Assembly (NCBI GenBank): GCA_036785375.1
Contig: JAWMAR010000351.1
Span: 372,001-436,000 of the forward strand
Direction: 5' to 3'
Length of the DNA: 64,000 nt
DNA from: Leucoraja ocellata
Lineage: Eukaryota
Part shown: one piece after another, positions 44,857 to 57,082 of the stretch
Numbering within the stretch: the first letter of the stretch is position 1
Layout: each line of letters begins with the position of its first letter
Notes under the pieces: model-generated
What the model saw: only the letters and a program-made list of their open reading frames with translations
Told to the model about the DNA's origin: nothing
Databases searched by the model: none
Position numbers and translations under genes: made by a program

Positions 44857-46650
44857 TAATATCTGACAATGACCGTCCAAATTGTTGTTTCAAAGTGGCC
44901 ATTCCAAATTTTTTTTTTTTTTTGCATTCAATATTCTTTATAACCAAATAAGTTACAAAAGTTGAAAACCAGTCATGTCATCTGCTGAATGTGATTTTAT
45001 TTTTGGTATTGCAATTTAATATGCAATTTATTTAAATGCAGTATAGGCATAAGAGCAATTAATGTATTTGGTCCTACTATTGTACACTAAGTGTTTCTAG
45101 CCTGGTCTGTGTTCAAATATATGTAAACAGCCCAAATGTGTGTAATTAGATTCCTTTTCTGTATTTAATAGCTATTAGATTGTAACTAAAACAGAATAAG
45201 ATTGCAACTTGGCATTCCCTTTACTCAAATGGGTCCAGTGCTGCATTGCAAGTTTGATAACCATATTCTGCATTGGACAGTTGGTTAATTAATGGTGTCT
45301 CTTAAATTCCAAGATTTGTTTTGACTTCTAGTTAAGTTTAAGTTGTGTGTTGTCTTGGCAATAGCTATATATCTGATGGCTTGTTTTGTTGATCTAAAAT
45401 GCGCCATGGGTACCATGCCAACTGCGATTAGCCCCATTTTACAGATTGTGTATAGATAATTATCTGAACCTCCGTTGGGCTTGATTATTGAATTTGAATT
45501 AATGGTACAATACATATACTGGATTTGATGTGTTCTTGAATACATTTATTTCTGGTTATGTTATTCGTTGTTTTTTTCATTTGGGATTCAATTATCCGAT
45601 CAGTAATGTGACACCACTGGGAGCTTAGTTTTCAAAATCCTAAATGCAAGTATTTTAAGCTCATTTAGCTTAATTTTCTTGTTGCTATTTCATGAATTTA
45701 TTTTTTTCGTACTAAATAATAACCATTTTGAATTGTTAATGTGCAGTGAAAAGGTTGGTCTCCGAATACCAAACTGCTTTGTGGGTTGAACTTGTCCCAA
45801 TTCCATTAATCCTGATTCATGCAGTTTTTTTTTTTTGCGTTGACCTTTTCTCACTTGTTTGACTTTTCAATTGCTGAGTGGGAAATTCTATCACTTGCAT
45901 TAACGGTTATAAAATAGGCCATTATGTATCGCTATACATGCCTTGTTCCTAAACCTTGCCAGAATGGTGCCCTAATTTGGCTTTGTATATTTGTCCTGAT
46001 CTACATTTCAATGAAATTGCAACAGTATTATGAGAATATCTGCTTAACACCTGCCCAATACCCCCTTAGACAGTAATATAACTGGAGCAACAAATGACAG
46101 TTTCACGGGTGCAAATTAAATTTCTGCTGGTGTGTAGTATATCTTCAGGAGTATTGTACATTAGCATTTTTTTTCCCCCACTGGGGATATACATTTTTTT
46201 AAAGAATCCTTCAGTTGAGGCTGTCTTTGCCACTTTCTTGAAGGATAATTGTGGTCAAGCTCCTCAGCAAGCTTTACCAGCCATTTACCATTTGTCTTCA
46301 TTCGGCAACTTAATGGAACAAAATAATAATTCGACCACCAGCTAGCAGAAGGGATATGTTCCTATAATTTATGGTTCTGGAGGTATTTTAATAAAAGATG
46401 GTATAAAATTTACTGATAACCAGAGCTATCTAGATTTTTGGAATTTGTTTACATGTCTGTCCTGGCATGTAACATCTTTTTGCTTGATGTTCTGGAGAGG
46501 AAGGTGTATAAACAATATTTTAGGATATTCCACTGGTTTGTAGACACCCATGTACTGGGGTTTGTTTCACATGGCAGCCTGAGGTGTCGTGACTTCATCT
46601 TTAAAACTTTGTTTTTTAAACAAATGGTTCTCATCTGTCCTGTTATCAAC

Positions 46651-46656
46651 AATAAA
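46651..46656 (+). terminator. Candidate SET distal poly(A) signal
   Basis: AATAAA followed by GU/U-rich sequence at the end of an AT-rich, UTR-like tract. Confidence 0.45.
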
Positions 46657-49601
46657 GTTTGTATACATGTTTTGCCACAGTGCTGTACATTGTCTTTACT
46701 GCTCTGAATGTACAATGCCAATAGCATTATCCAATATGTTAGCTGGACACTAGTTGTTTAATATTTGACATAACTGTCATTTAGCTATCGAGAATACTTT
46801 GCTGTTGATAGCTCCGGATAGCGGCAATCAGTGACCAAAATTGCTTTTTAACTGCATTTTGAGAATTGACCAATGGCTTTGATAGAACTATAGTTGAGAC
46901 TTATCTACATTAGGTCAGAAAAGAAATCCATCCTAAGAAATCAAGCACTGTTTCTCAAACTATGCTTTGGAACGATGTGTGTAATGTACTTTGTTTAAAT
47001 CTAAAGTACAATTCATTTCTGTCACTAGAAATGGTGCTCAATTGCAGAGAACTATAAAATCCAATGAAAGGCAAACACCAGGAACTATTCTTGAAGGGGA
47101 TTCTGCAAATTGATTGAAGATTTGTTATTGTCATGTTCTTAATTTTGCCTGTGGAATTGATGCTCTCCTAACTTGAATATATATGAAAATAGATGATAAT
47201 TGCCTTAGAAACCCCGATCAGCCTACAACCAAATCTTTGTTCTCTAGTGTTGATCATGTGTCCAAAGTACTATGTTTTTGTTATTGATTTGTCAACTTCC
47301 TAAATTATTTTGAATGTGATGGCCCACGTCAGAATAAAGCTGGCAACAAAGTGATGCTGAAACCATATTTGTTGAAAGTAATGTATAATTCCTAACATGT
47401 AGTTTGTGCTAGAGTTCTGTTTTCTTTCAAATTAGTGGGAGAAGAGGAAGAAAAATACTTTCTCTCACTGAGCCCAACCACTGACTACATCCAAAGAGTA
47501 GTGGTAGGGCTACTCTTTGGATGTAAAACACCTTCATCTTGTCTAAACACTTCCTGTATTAAAAAGGGTCTGTTTTTGTCAAATATGACCACAGCTAAAA
47601 ACTAGTTTTATCCTTGTGCCGTCGCCAGTGGTGGTGGCAAGAGTAAAATCTAGTTTCATAGAGGTCCACAATAGGATCATTTTTTATTATTCCCCTTTTT
47701 AATTCATGACAGACCTTTCAGTTAAGAGGAACATTAAAAGTTGTCATACAACATTTAAATGTGTAAGAACTGCACGTGCTGGTTTAAACCGAAGATAGAT
47801 ACAAAAAGCTGGAGTAACTCAGTGGGACAGGCAGCATCTCTGGAGATAAATCTTCATCTTGTGGAAGGCATAGTCAATTATTCACCAAACAAAATATTTA
47901 TTTTTAATTATAAAAATTAAACATGGATTTTATTGTTGGTATGACTTGGGCACCATAAGAAGTGTAGCAGCAAAGTTCTCTTGCAGAAGTCTGTCTATAA
48001 TCAGGGCAACAAATGTCTCTTCAGATTCTTCAAATTCTTTATCTGTAACGTGTTGAGGCCAAATATTGGGCTGAAATGACCACCCTGGTGAAACGAACAA
48101 TCAACAAACATGAAACAAAAAGTGAAGAAAGCAAACAGCATTAACCCCTCTTCCAGACCATTATACAATAGCAACAGTGATGAGCTTTGCATATTCGTGA
48201 ACAAAAGTTGAGACCAGGCCAAAGGAAGAGATCTGAGAAGTTGAAGAAAGAGGTATAATTTAGAATCGAAGAATGAGGGGAAGGGGTTCCAGAACTTGAA
48301 ATGTGGACAGGTATATGGATGACTAAACCCGATAGGATTAACAAAAAGTGTTGTACCAGAGCCTAGCCTTGGGCAAATCTACATGGAGGGTTGTATCTTG
48401 GATCGTTTCAAGAGAGAGTTAGATAGCTCTTAAGTCAGGGGATATGGGGAGAAGGCAGGAACAGGGTGCTGATTGTGGATGATCATAATGAATGGTGGTG
48501 CTGGCTCGTAGGGCCAAATGGCCTACTCCTGCACCTATTGTCTATAAGCAAAATTTGGAATGCCTGAGAATTTTCAATCCATGCACCATGAACACAAAGC
48601 AGCCAGCACTGGGAAAGCACAGAATTTCCATGTTTCCCTACCACATAGGACATACCACACCAGTTGCCAAGTAACTTACTAAGTCACACTTGGGCACGTG
48701 GGAGAACATGCAAATTCCACACATACAGCACTGGAGCTCAAGATTGAACCTAGTTCCCTACTGGGTTTCTTCCATTATGAAGCCATAAGACCACCCACTT
48801 GTCCCTTCAGGCACCTCCTGTCCTTTCTATGGAAGAGTCCGTGGTTCCAACATTGGTATTTCAGCTACCTCTAAACCCATAAAATTGGAGTGCAACCATG
48901 TCCTCCATCCTGAAAGGATGCTCAAGAAGAAGACACCAACTTGATGCAAGTTATATTAGAAAACACGAAAATAGGAGCAGAGTAGATTACTCAAGCCTGC
49001 CCTTCCATTCAATATGATCAAGATTGATCTGTCCCATTCCTCAGCTCTTGTCTGCCATGTCCCCTTAGCCCCCAATTCCACTATCTTTAAAAAGAAAGCC
49101 CCAATGATCGTGTTTCTATAACTTTCCAGGGCATCACCATTTTAAATGGCAATTGAATTTGTCACAACTATCAGTTTGAGACTTCCACCCATGATAATTT
49201 CTCAACATTACCCTGTATTGCTCATCTCAGAATGTTAAACTCCAAAAGAATACAGATGCAACTCTTTAGCCACTTGCAAAAGGACAACCTATAGCCAAGG
49301 GAATCTTCTTAGGATTGCTTCCAAAACTAATATATCCTTTGTCGAATATGTTAAGGGGACAAAACTATGCGGTACTTCAGGTTGGCCTCACTAACACCCT
49401 GTACAATTGTAACTCATTAAACGAGCCTGATAACATTTTGAGATTTATGTACAAGAACACCTAGATCTTCCTGTAAAAAAGGACACAAAGTGCTGGAGTA
49501 ACTGGGGTGACCTGTTACTTCAGCATTCAGTGTCATTTTTTTGTAAACCAACATCTGCAGTTTCATTTTTCTAGATCTCCCTGTCTTTCACTCATTTATA
49601 A

Positions 49602-50241
49602 TCTATCTATTATTATATTACTAAAAGTCCCGTCTTGTTTCTATCTATCTGCGTACGTGATCTGGGACCTACGGCAAAACGGTACACTAGCTCAAACATT
49701 TATGCATCACCTTACTCAGTTTTGTCCCGCGGTCGTTCCTATAAAGTTTCGTTCAGATTGATATATTTCGCGAGAAATGTTACATTTTTAAACTTAAAAA
49801 GTCAAGATTTGAGAATAAATTATTAATTCTGCAGCTATATCTTCAGCTATGACTTCACAATGCTACATTATTGCAATCTCAGCACACTCAGGCCTGCCAG
49901 GTGAGGGAGGGATTGGGGGGAAGGGGGGGTGAGGAGGAGAGGGGAAAGAAGAGGGAGGGTGAAGAGGAGTGGGAGAGGTGGGAAGAGATAGTGGGGGGGG
50001 GGGGGGGGGGGGGGTAGGGAGTGACTGAAGGTAGGGGAGAGGTGAGGGAGAGATTGGCAAGGAGAGGGGAAAGAAGAGGGATGTGGGGAAATGAGCCGCA
50101 CCTACGCAATTGGCAATGGATGAGTGGTGGAATATTGCGTTGGGGGAACGGGTGTGGTGGAATATTGCATTAGGGAACGGGTTGCGTTGGGGGACCAGGC
50201 CTTCTGTGTGACAGGGACCCAACGTGTCCCACTTAGTCTAG
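49602..50241 (+). mobile_element. Non-autonomous Helitron-like element
   Basis: A|TC 5' end; subterminal hairpin GGGACCC-AAC-GTGTCCC; CTAG|T 3' end; no TSD. Confidence 0.75.
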
Positions 50242-50354
50242 TTCTTTCTATTTAGAGGTCTGCCTTTTGATTCCTCTTAACAAAGTTCAAAACTTTTCCA
50301 TAATAAACTAATTTGTCAGGTTTTTACTCTTTGAATCTATATGCTGTTGCATCA

Positions 50355-52070
50355 GTTTAGTTTGTCACATGTACCGTGGTACAGTGAAAGGCTTTTTGTT
50401 GCCTGCTAACCAGTCAGCAGAAAGACAATACATGATTACAATCAATCCATTTACAGTGTATAGATATATGATAAGGGAATAACGTTTAGTGCAAGATAAA
50501 GCCAGCAAAGTCCAGTCAATGGTAGTCCGAGGGACATCAAAGAGGTAGATAGTAGTTCGGCACTGCTCTTTGGTTGTGGTAGGATGATTAAGTTGCCTGA
50601 TAACAGCTTGGAAGAAACTGTCCCTAAATCTGGTGGTGTGCACTTTCACACTTCTTTACCTTTTGCCTGATGGGAGAGGGAAGAAGATGGAGTGGCCAGG
50701 GTGCGACTCGTCCTTGATTATACTGCTGGCCTTGCCGAGGCAGCGTGAGGTATAAATGGAATCAAGAGACAGGAGGTTGGTTTGTGTGATGGCCTGGGCT
50801 GCATCCACAATTAGCTGCAATTTTTTTACAGTCCTTGATGGAGCTGTTCCCAAACCAAGCTGTGATGCATCCTGATAAAATGCTTTATATGGTGCATCTG
50901 TTGAAGTCGGTGAGAGTTGTAGGGGACATGCCAAACTTCCTAAGCCTTCAAAGGAAGCAGAGGCGTAGGTGTACCTTCTTGGTCATTGCTTCAATATGGG
51001 TGATCCAGGGGAAGTTGTTGGTGATATTGACCAAGGAATTTGAAGTTTTCGACCATCTCTAATTCGGCGCCATCAACGTAAACTCAGGTTAGCTTCTTGA
51101 ATTCGATCACTATCTCCTATGTCTTGCTGACATTGAGAGAAAGGTTGTTGTCTCGACACCAGGACACGAGGTTCTCAATCTCCTTCCTGTACTCTGTCTC
51201 ATCATTATTTGATAACAGGCCCACAATGGTGGTGTTGTCAGCGAATTTGAAAATTGAATTAGATTTGTACATGGCTGCACAGTCGTGGGTGTACAAGGAG
51301 TAAAGAACACATCGTCCCGGAGCCCCCGTGTAGAGGATGATTTGTCCCCTATCCTCACGGATTGTGGTCTGTTGGTCAGGAAGTCGAGGATCCAGTTGCA
51401 GAGATGAGTGCTGATCCCAAGTCCTGCGAGTTTGATGATAAGCTTGGATGGTATAATGGTATTGAAGGCAGAGCTGTAGTCTATGGGGTCTGACATAGGT
51501 CTCTCTCTTCTCTCGGTGTTCTAGTGATGAGTGTAGGGCTAGGGCGATGGCATCATCCGTACACCTTTTGTGGTGGTAGGCGAACTACAGTGGGTCAAGG
51601 CCGCAGGGTAGCCTCTCAAAGCATTTCATGATGGTGGATGTCAAGACCACTGGACGGTAGTTGTTTAGGCATGAGGTCTTGCTTTTCTTCGCCACTGGGA
51701 TGATGGAGGTCTTCTTCAAGCAGGTGGGTACTTCAGAACGGAGTAGGGGGAGATTAAAGATGTCTGTGAATACTCCCTCTAGCTAGTCCGTGCAGCTACT
51801 AAGGACACGGCTAGGAACTCCGTATGGTTCAGTTGCTTTCCGTGGGTTTATCCTCAGGAAGGCCAATCTAACCTCTGTTACAGTCACCCTGGGGGGAACA
51901 CATCGGAGTCTGACAGATCGGGTATATCCGCTCTGTTGGCCTATTGCTTGAAGCGAGCATAGAAAGCATTCAGTTCATCGGGTAGGGTTGCACTATCACC
52001 AATGATGTTGCCAGACCGTGCTTTGCAGCCAGTGATCTTCTTCAGACCGTCCCACATTCTCTGTGTGTCT
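50355..52070 (-). mobile_element. Rex1/Babar-like non-LTR retrotransposon, decayed RT
   Basis: [32 protein letters not shown]; C-terminal HPGHSIFFPLPSGKR; frameshifts present. Confidence 0.85.
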
Positions 52071-52395
52071 GAGTGTACATGTCCGTGTGTACATGTTCTC
52101 CCACTTCATTTAGTGTTAACAACAAACGGACATACCTGATGCCTGCTCCTGTCTCCAAGCAATTAATACCAGTAGTGACTAATTATGGGCCAAAAACTGA
52201 TCCTTGGCTACTCCACAAATTATATCCTTCCAGAGCCCCATGTCTTCACATTTACATTCTGTCCCCCTCTCTCTGCCATTCTCTCCCTCACATACAATCA
52301 GGGTGTTTTGAATTAGAGCAGGTTTGTGAAGGATGGAAGTTGGTCAAGTGGAAAAAGGAGTTATATTTTCCCATCACCCTTGAAGGTGGAATGTT

Positions 52396-52509
52396 CTTTG
52401 TAAAACATCACATCCGCAGACAATGTTTGGAGCTGATTTAAAAAAAATGAATTAAGGGACATGGAGAAATTGGGGAGTGTGGTTGAGACATCAAAAATAG
52501 TGGAGTAGG

Positions 52510-52548
<39 letters not shown>

Positions 52549-52715
52549 AGGTGTTTGGGGCTTTATTTATATCAAATTAATGCACCAAACACCCCCCTAG
52601 CTTACTCAACTATTTTTGACAGGTCTCAACCACACTCCTCAATTTCTCCATGACCCTTAAACAATTTTTTAAACTCAGCTCCAAATATTGTCTGCTGATG
52701 TGATGTTTTACAAAG
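52396..52715. repeat. Fold-back (MITE-like) element with long imperfect inverted arms and a poly-C tract
   Basis: CTTTGTAAAACATCACATC... mirrored by ...GATGTGATGTTTTACAAAG. Confidence 0.8.
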
Positions 52716-52873
52716 GATTATAATCTTAACATCTACCGAATGTTTCCTCTCAGAAATGGGTACATTGAGTTTGAGTTTAATTTATTGTCATGTTTACCAA
52801 TGCACAAAGACAATACGTGATTACAATCGAGCCCATCCACAGTGTACAAATACATGATAATGGGAATAATGTG

Positions 52874-53073
52874 NNNNNNNNNNNNNNNNNNNNNNNNNNN
52901 NNNNNNNNNNNNNNNNNNNNNNNNNNNNNNNNNNNNNNNNNNNNNNNNNNNNNNNNNNNNNNNNNNNNNNNNNNNNNNNNNNNNNNNNNNNNNNNNNNNN
53001 NNNNNNNNNNNNNNNNNNNNNNNNNNNNNNNNNNNNNNNNNNNNNNNNNNNNNNNNNNNNNNNNNNNNNNNNN
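52874..53073. other. Assembly gap (200 N)
   Basis: Run of N. Confidence 1.
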
Positions 53074-53632
53074 CTTCCTTCCCCTGACTGGCGTTATGTC
53101 CGCTCACGGCGGAGACCGACATCAGCAGCAACATCCACCACATCTTTCAGGCCGCTTCCCACTCCTACCCCACCTGAGAGAAAAAGTAAAATATAACGTG
53201 TTAATTTCTCCAGAATAAAATTACTTTCAAATACATATTTTTTATCGCCGTAGCCAGCAAATTATTTCAAATTTGCCCGGGACCCACGGTTCTGTAACGC
53301 ATTTTGCAGCACTTATTTTAATTCTCCGGCCTTTTTAACTATAGCTTTCCTGCAACTTACATTTAAATGTCTTAGAGAAGAAACACATAGCAATGTAAGA
53401 GCCTCGGATATTTATCTCCTCCACCCCCTACTGGCTGGAGGATTCTATACACTTTCTGCTGTTGAGATAGAATCACTTCATTTCACGGGTTCCATTAATA
53501 TCACATCTCACTTTTCAAGGTCGTTTAAAAACAATTTTCCTTTCAAACATGCAAGGGAAACTTGCATTCGCACACAGCCTAAAGCACGTTGCAGCTAATT
53601 AACTACTTTAGTAATTTAGAAAATGGAATAGC

Positions 53633-53871
53633 CATTTAGCATTCAGGATGACATAAACATAAATAGCAAGACATTTTTGCCAATTGCCAAACAACATTTC
53701 TTTCTCAGCCAAAGTTATGATACAAGATATTTTGTATATAATGATTATTTCGCATTTAGCATTCAGGATGACATAAACAATATAATCATTATATACAAAA
53801 TATCTTGTATCATAACTTTGGCTGAGAAAGAAATGTTGTTTGGCAATTGGCGAAAATGTCTTGCTATTTAT
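53633..53871. repeat. Local inverted duplication (90-bp arms) with a 27-bp direct repeat
   Basis: 53659-53748 vs 53782-53871 inverted with 1 mismatch; 53633-53659 = 53753-53779 direct. Confidence 0.9.
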
Positions 53872-54159
53872 TCTTTAATATATTGTTCCTGAATCTTACA
53901 TATCTGCCCAAAAAAGGTAGATGAGACACGAGAACAAACAAAATAGGAGCTTAGAGCCTGCTCCATCATTCACCAATATGTGTGCTGTTCTTCTACCTTA
54001 GCCCCATTTTCCGGCACTATTCACACATCAACTTGATTTCCCTAATGTTTAAATAATCTATCAATTTCTGTTTTCAAAGATTACAATGCCTGAGAATGCA
54101 CCACTATCTGAGTGAAGAAATTCCTTAATCCTAAATGGGGTCTTTCCTAAACACAATGC

Positions 54160-56316
54160 AATAGCAAGGAGAGACATTAGCTTGGATGCTGTATAATCGG
54201 TATGGGTAGAACTGCGAAATAGCCAAGGGCAGAAAACACTTGTTGGAGTGGTAAACAGACCACCAAACAGCAGTAGGGAGGATGGGGATAGCATCAAGCA
54301 GGAAATTAGGGATGTGTGTATCAAAGGTACAGCGGTTATCATGGGTGACTTTAATCTACATATAGATTGGGCCAACCAAATTGATAACAGTGCTGAGGAG
54401 GAACATATCCTGGAATGTATGCAAGGTGGGTTTTTAAACCAATATGTAAAGGAAACGACCATCCTAGACTGGATATTGTGTACTGAGGAAGGATTAGTTA
54501 GCGATCTTGTTGTGCAAGGCCCCTTGGGAAACAGTGACCATAATATGGTGGAATTCTGCATTAGGATGGAGAGTGACACGGTTAATTCAGAGACTAGGGT
54601 CCTGAACTTGAATAAAGGAAACTGTGAAGGTATGAGACAGGAATAAGATAGGATAGACTGGCAAATGATACTTAAAGGGTTGACAGTGGAGATGCAATAA
54701 TTTAAAGACCGCATGGATGAACTCCAGAAATTTTTCATGCCTGTCTGACGATAAAATAAAACTGGGAAGGTGACGCAACCGTGGCTGAGGAGGGGCGTCA
54801 AGGATAGTGTTAAAGCCAAGGAAGAGGCATATTAATTGGCCAGAAGAAGCGGTAAACCAGAGGACTGGGAGAAATGTAGAACTCAACAGAGGAGGACAAA
54901 GGGGTTAATTAAGAGGGGGGGGGGGGGGGGGGGAAGAGCATGAAAGAAAGCTTGCAGGAAATATAAAAAACTGCCGAAATGTTTCTATAGGTAAGTAAAA
55001 AGAAAAGATTAGTGAAGACAAATGCAGGTTCCTTACAGTCAGAGACAGGTAAATTCATAATGGCAAACAAGGAAATGGCAGAACAGTTAAACGAGTACTT
55101 TGGTTTTGTCTTCACTAAGGAAGACACAAACAATCTCCCGGAAATGTTATGGGACCGAGGATCTAGTGGGAGGGAGGAACTGAAGGGAATCCTCATTAGT
55201 CAGAAAATGGTGTTAGGTAAATTGATGGGACTGAAGGCAGATAAATCACCAGGACCAGATGGTCTGCATCCCAGAGTACTCAAGGAGGTGACCCTCGAAA
55301 TCGTGGATGCATTGGTGATAATTTTCCAATGTTCTCTCGACCCTAGATCAGTTATATATCAGTTATAGACGTGAGGGTAGCCAATGTAACTCCACTTTTT
55401 AAGAAAGGAGAGAGAAAACAGGGAATTATAGATCAGTTAGCCTTACATAGGTAGTGGGGAAGATGCTGGTCAATTATTAAAGATGTTGGAGCAGCACATT
55501 TGGAAAACAGTGACGGGTTTGGTAAAAGTCAGCAAGGATTTATGATGGGGAAATCATGCTTGACAAATCTTTTGGAATTTTTTGAGGATGTAACAAGTAG
55601 AATGGATAAGGATGTGGATGTGGTGTATCTGGGCTTTCAAAAAGCCTTTGACAAGGTCCCACACAAGAGATTAGTGTGCAAAATCAGAGCACATGGTATT
55701 GGGGGTAGGCTATTGACATGGATGGCGAACTCGTTGGCAGACAGGAAAGCAAAGAGTAGGATCTAACAGGTCCTTTTCAGAATGGCAGGCAGTGACTAGC
55801 GGGGTGCCACAAGGCTCAGTGCTGGAACCCCAGTTGTTTACAATATATATTAACGATTTAGACGAGATAATTAAATGTAACATCTCTAAGTTTGCAGATG
55901 ACACAAAGCTGGGTGGCATTGTGCGCTGCGAGGAGGATGCTATGAGGCTACAGGGTGACTCAGATAGGTTGGGTGAGTGGGCAAAAGCATGGCAGTTGCA
56001 GTATGATGTGGATAAATGTGAGGTTATCCACTTTGGTGGCAAGAATAGGAAGGCAGATTATTATCTGAATGGTGCCAGATTAGGAGATGGGGAGGTGCAA
56101 TGAGACCTGGGTGTGCTTGTACATCTGTCACTAAAAGTAAGCATGCAGATACAGCAGGCAGTGAAGAAAGCCAATGGCATGTTGGCCTTCATTGCTAGAG
56201 GATTTGAGTTTAGGAACAAGGAGGTCCTACTGCAATTGTACAGGGCCCTGGTGAGACTGCACGTAGAGTATTGCGTGCAATGTTGGTCTCCTAATTTGAG
56301 GAAGGACATTATTGCT
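54160..56316 (+). mobile_element. CR1 LINE ORF2 fragment (AP endonuclease plus RT), degenerate
   Basis: MGDFN and SDHN (APE); KSPGPDGLHP, KAFDKVPH, GVPQGSVL and FADDTKL (RT); stops and frameshifts. Confidence 0.95.
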
Positions 56317-56349
56317 CGGGACATGTTGGCCGGTGTGTATCACTCTGTC

Positions 56350-56650
56350 TCTAAAAGCTTTTGTTTGGTGCTAACCAGTCAGCAGAAGGACAATACATAA
56401 TTCCAATCGATCCATTTACAGTGATAAGGGAATACATGATAAGGGAATAACGTTTAGAGCATGGTAAAGCCAGCAAAGTCCGGTCATGGATAGTCCAATG
56501 GGATTCAAAAGAGATCAACAAAGTAGTCCAGCTCTGCTTTCTGGATGTGGTATGATTATTCAGTTGCCTGATAACAGCTGGGAAGAAAATGTCCCAGAAT
56601 CTGGTGCTGTGTGTGTGTTTTCACACTTCTATACTTTTTGCCTGATGGAA
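56350..56650 (-). mobile_element. Rex1-like 3' end fragment
   Basis: Clearly similar to 50390-50670. Confidence 0.75.
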
Positions 56651-56749
56651 GATAAAGTTATCCTTAGTTTTTAAAGAAAATACCTTCTAGCCATCCCAAC
56701 CAAAGATCTTATAGTGGAAGATCTTTGATCCCAACGGTGTCAATCGCAC

Positions 56750-57061
56750 CACCTGAGCCGTTGATGAACCACACCCCAGAACGACGAGCTCAATCACCCC
56801 ATCCACGCTTCGCCCCGCCCTTCGTATCCAATTGGTCGCGGCTGAGATGACTGACACCGCGTTATCCAATGGGCGCACGAAGCGAGCAGCCCGCGCTTTA
56901 AATTAAGGCGGGACTCGAGGGGGCGGTTATAGTGCACGGGGTTTAAAAATATATTTTAAAAAGCCGTTAGACGGTATGTAAATAGTAAAGGCTTGGAAGG
57001 GGGAAAAACAAAAAAACACGTAAGAAGCAGCAGGAGGATAACTGACAGTATTCGAGGCACG
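56750..57061 (+). promoter_or_regulatory. CpG-rich promoter / 5' UTR of the PKN gene
   Basis: GC boxes (cgccccgccc about 56811, gggggcgg about 56919) and CCAAT at about 56828 and 56866. Confidence 0.7.
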
Positions 57062-57082
57062 ATGGCGGGAGATAGCCAACAG
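57062..57082 (+). CDS. PKN3: PKN3 exon 1 (MAGDSQQ)
   Basis: cacgATGG Kozak; CAG|gtcagg; resembles the short PKN first exons. Confidence 0.7.

Noticed and set aside
52733-53218. ORFs spanning X runs
   Set aside because: Their length is an artefact of the N gap; only the 23 real codons on the minus strand were considered.
54061-54819. 252-aa minus-strand ORF, the longest in the track
   Set aside because: It is the antisense shadow of the CR1 endonuclease region.
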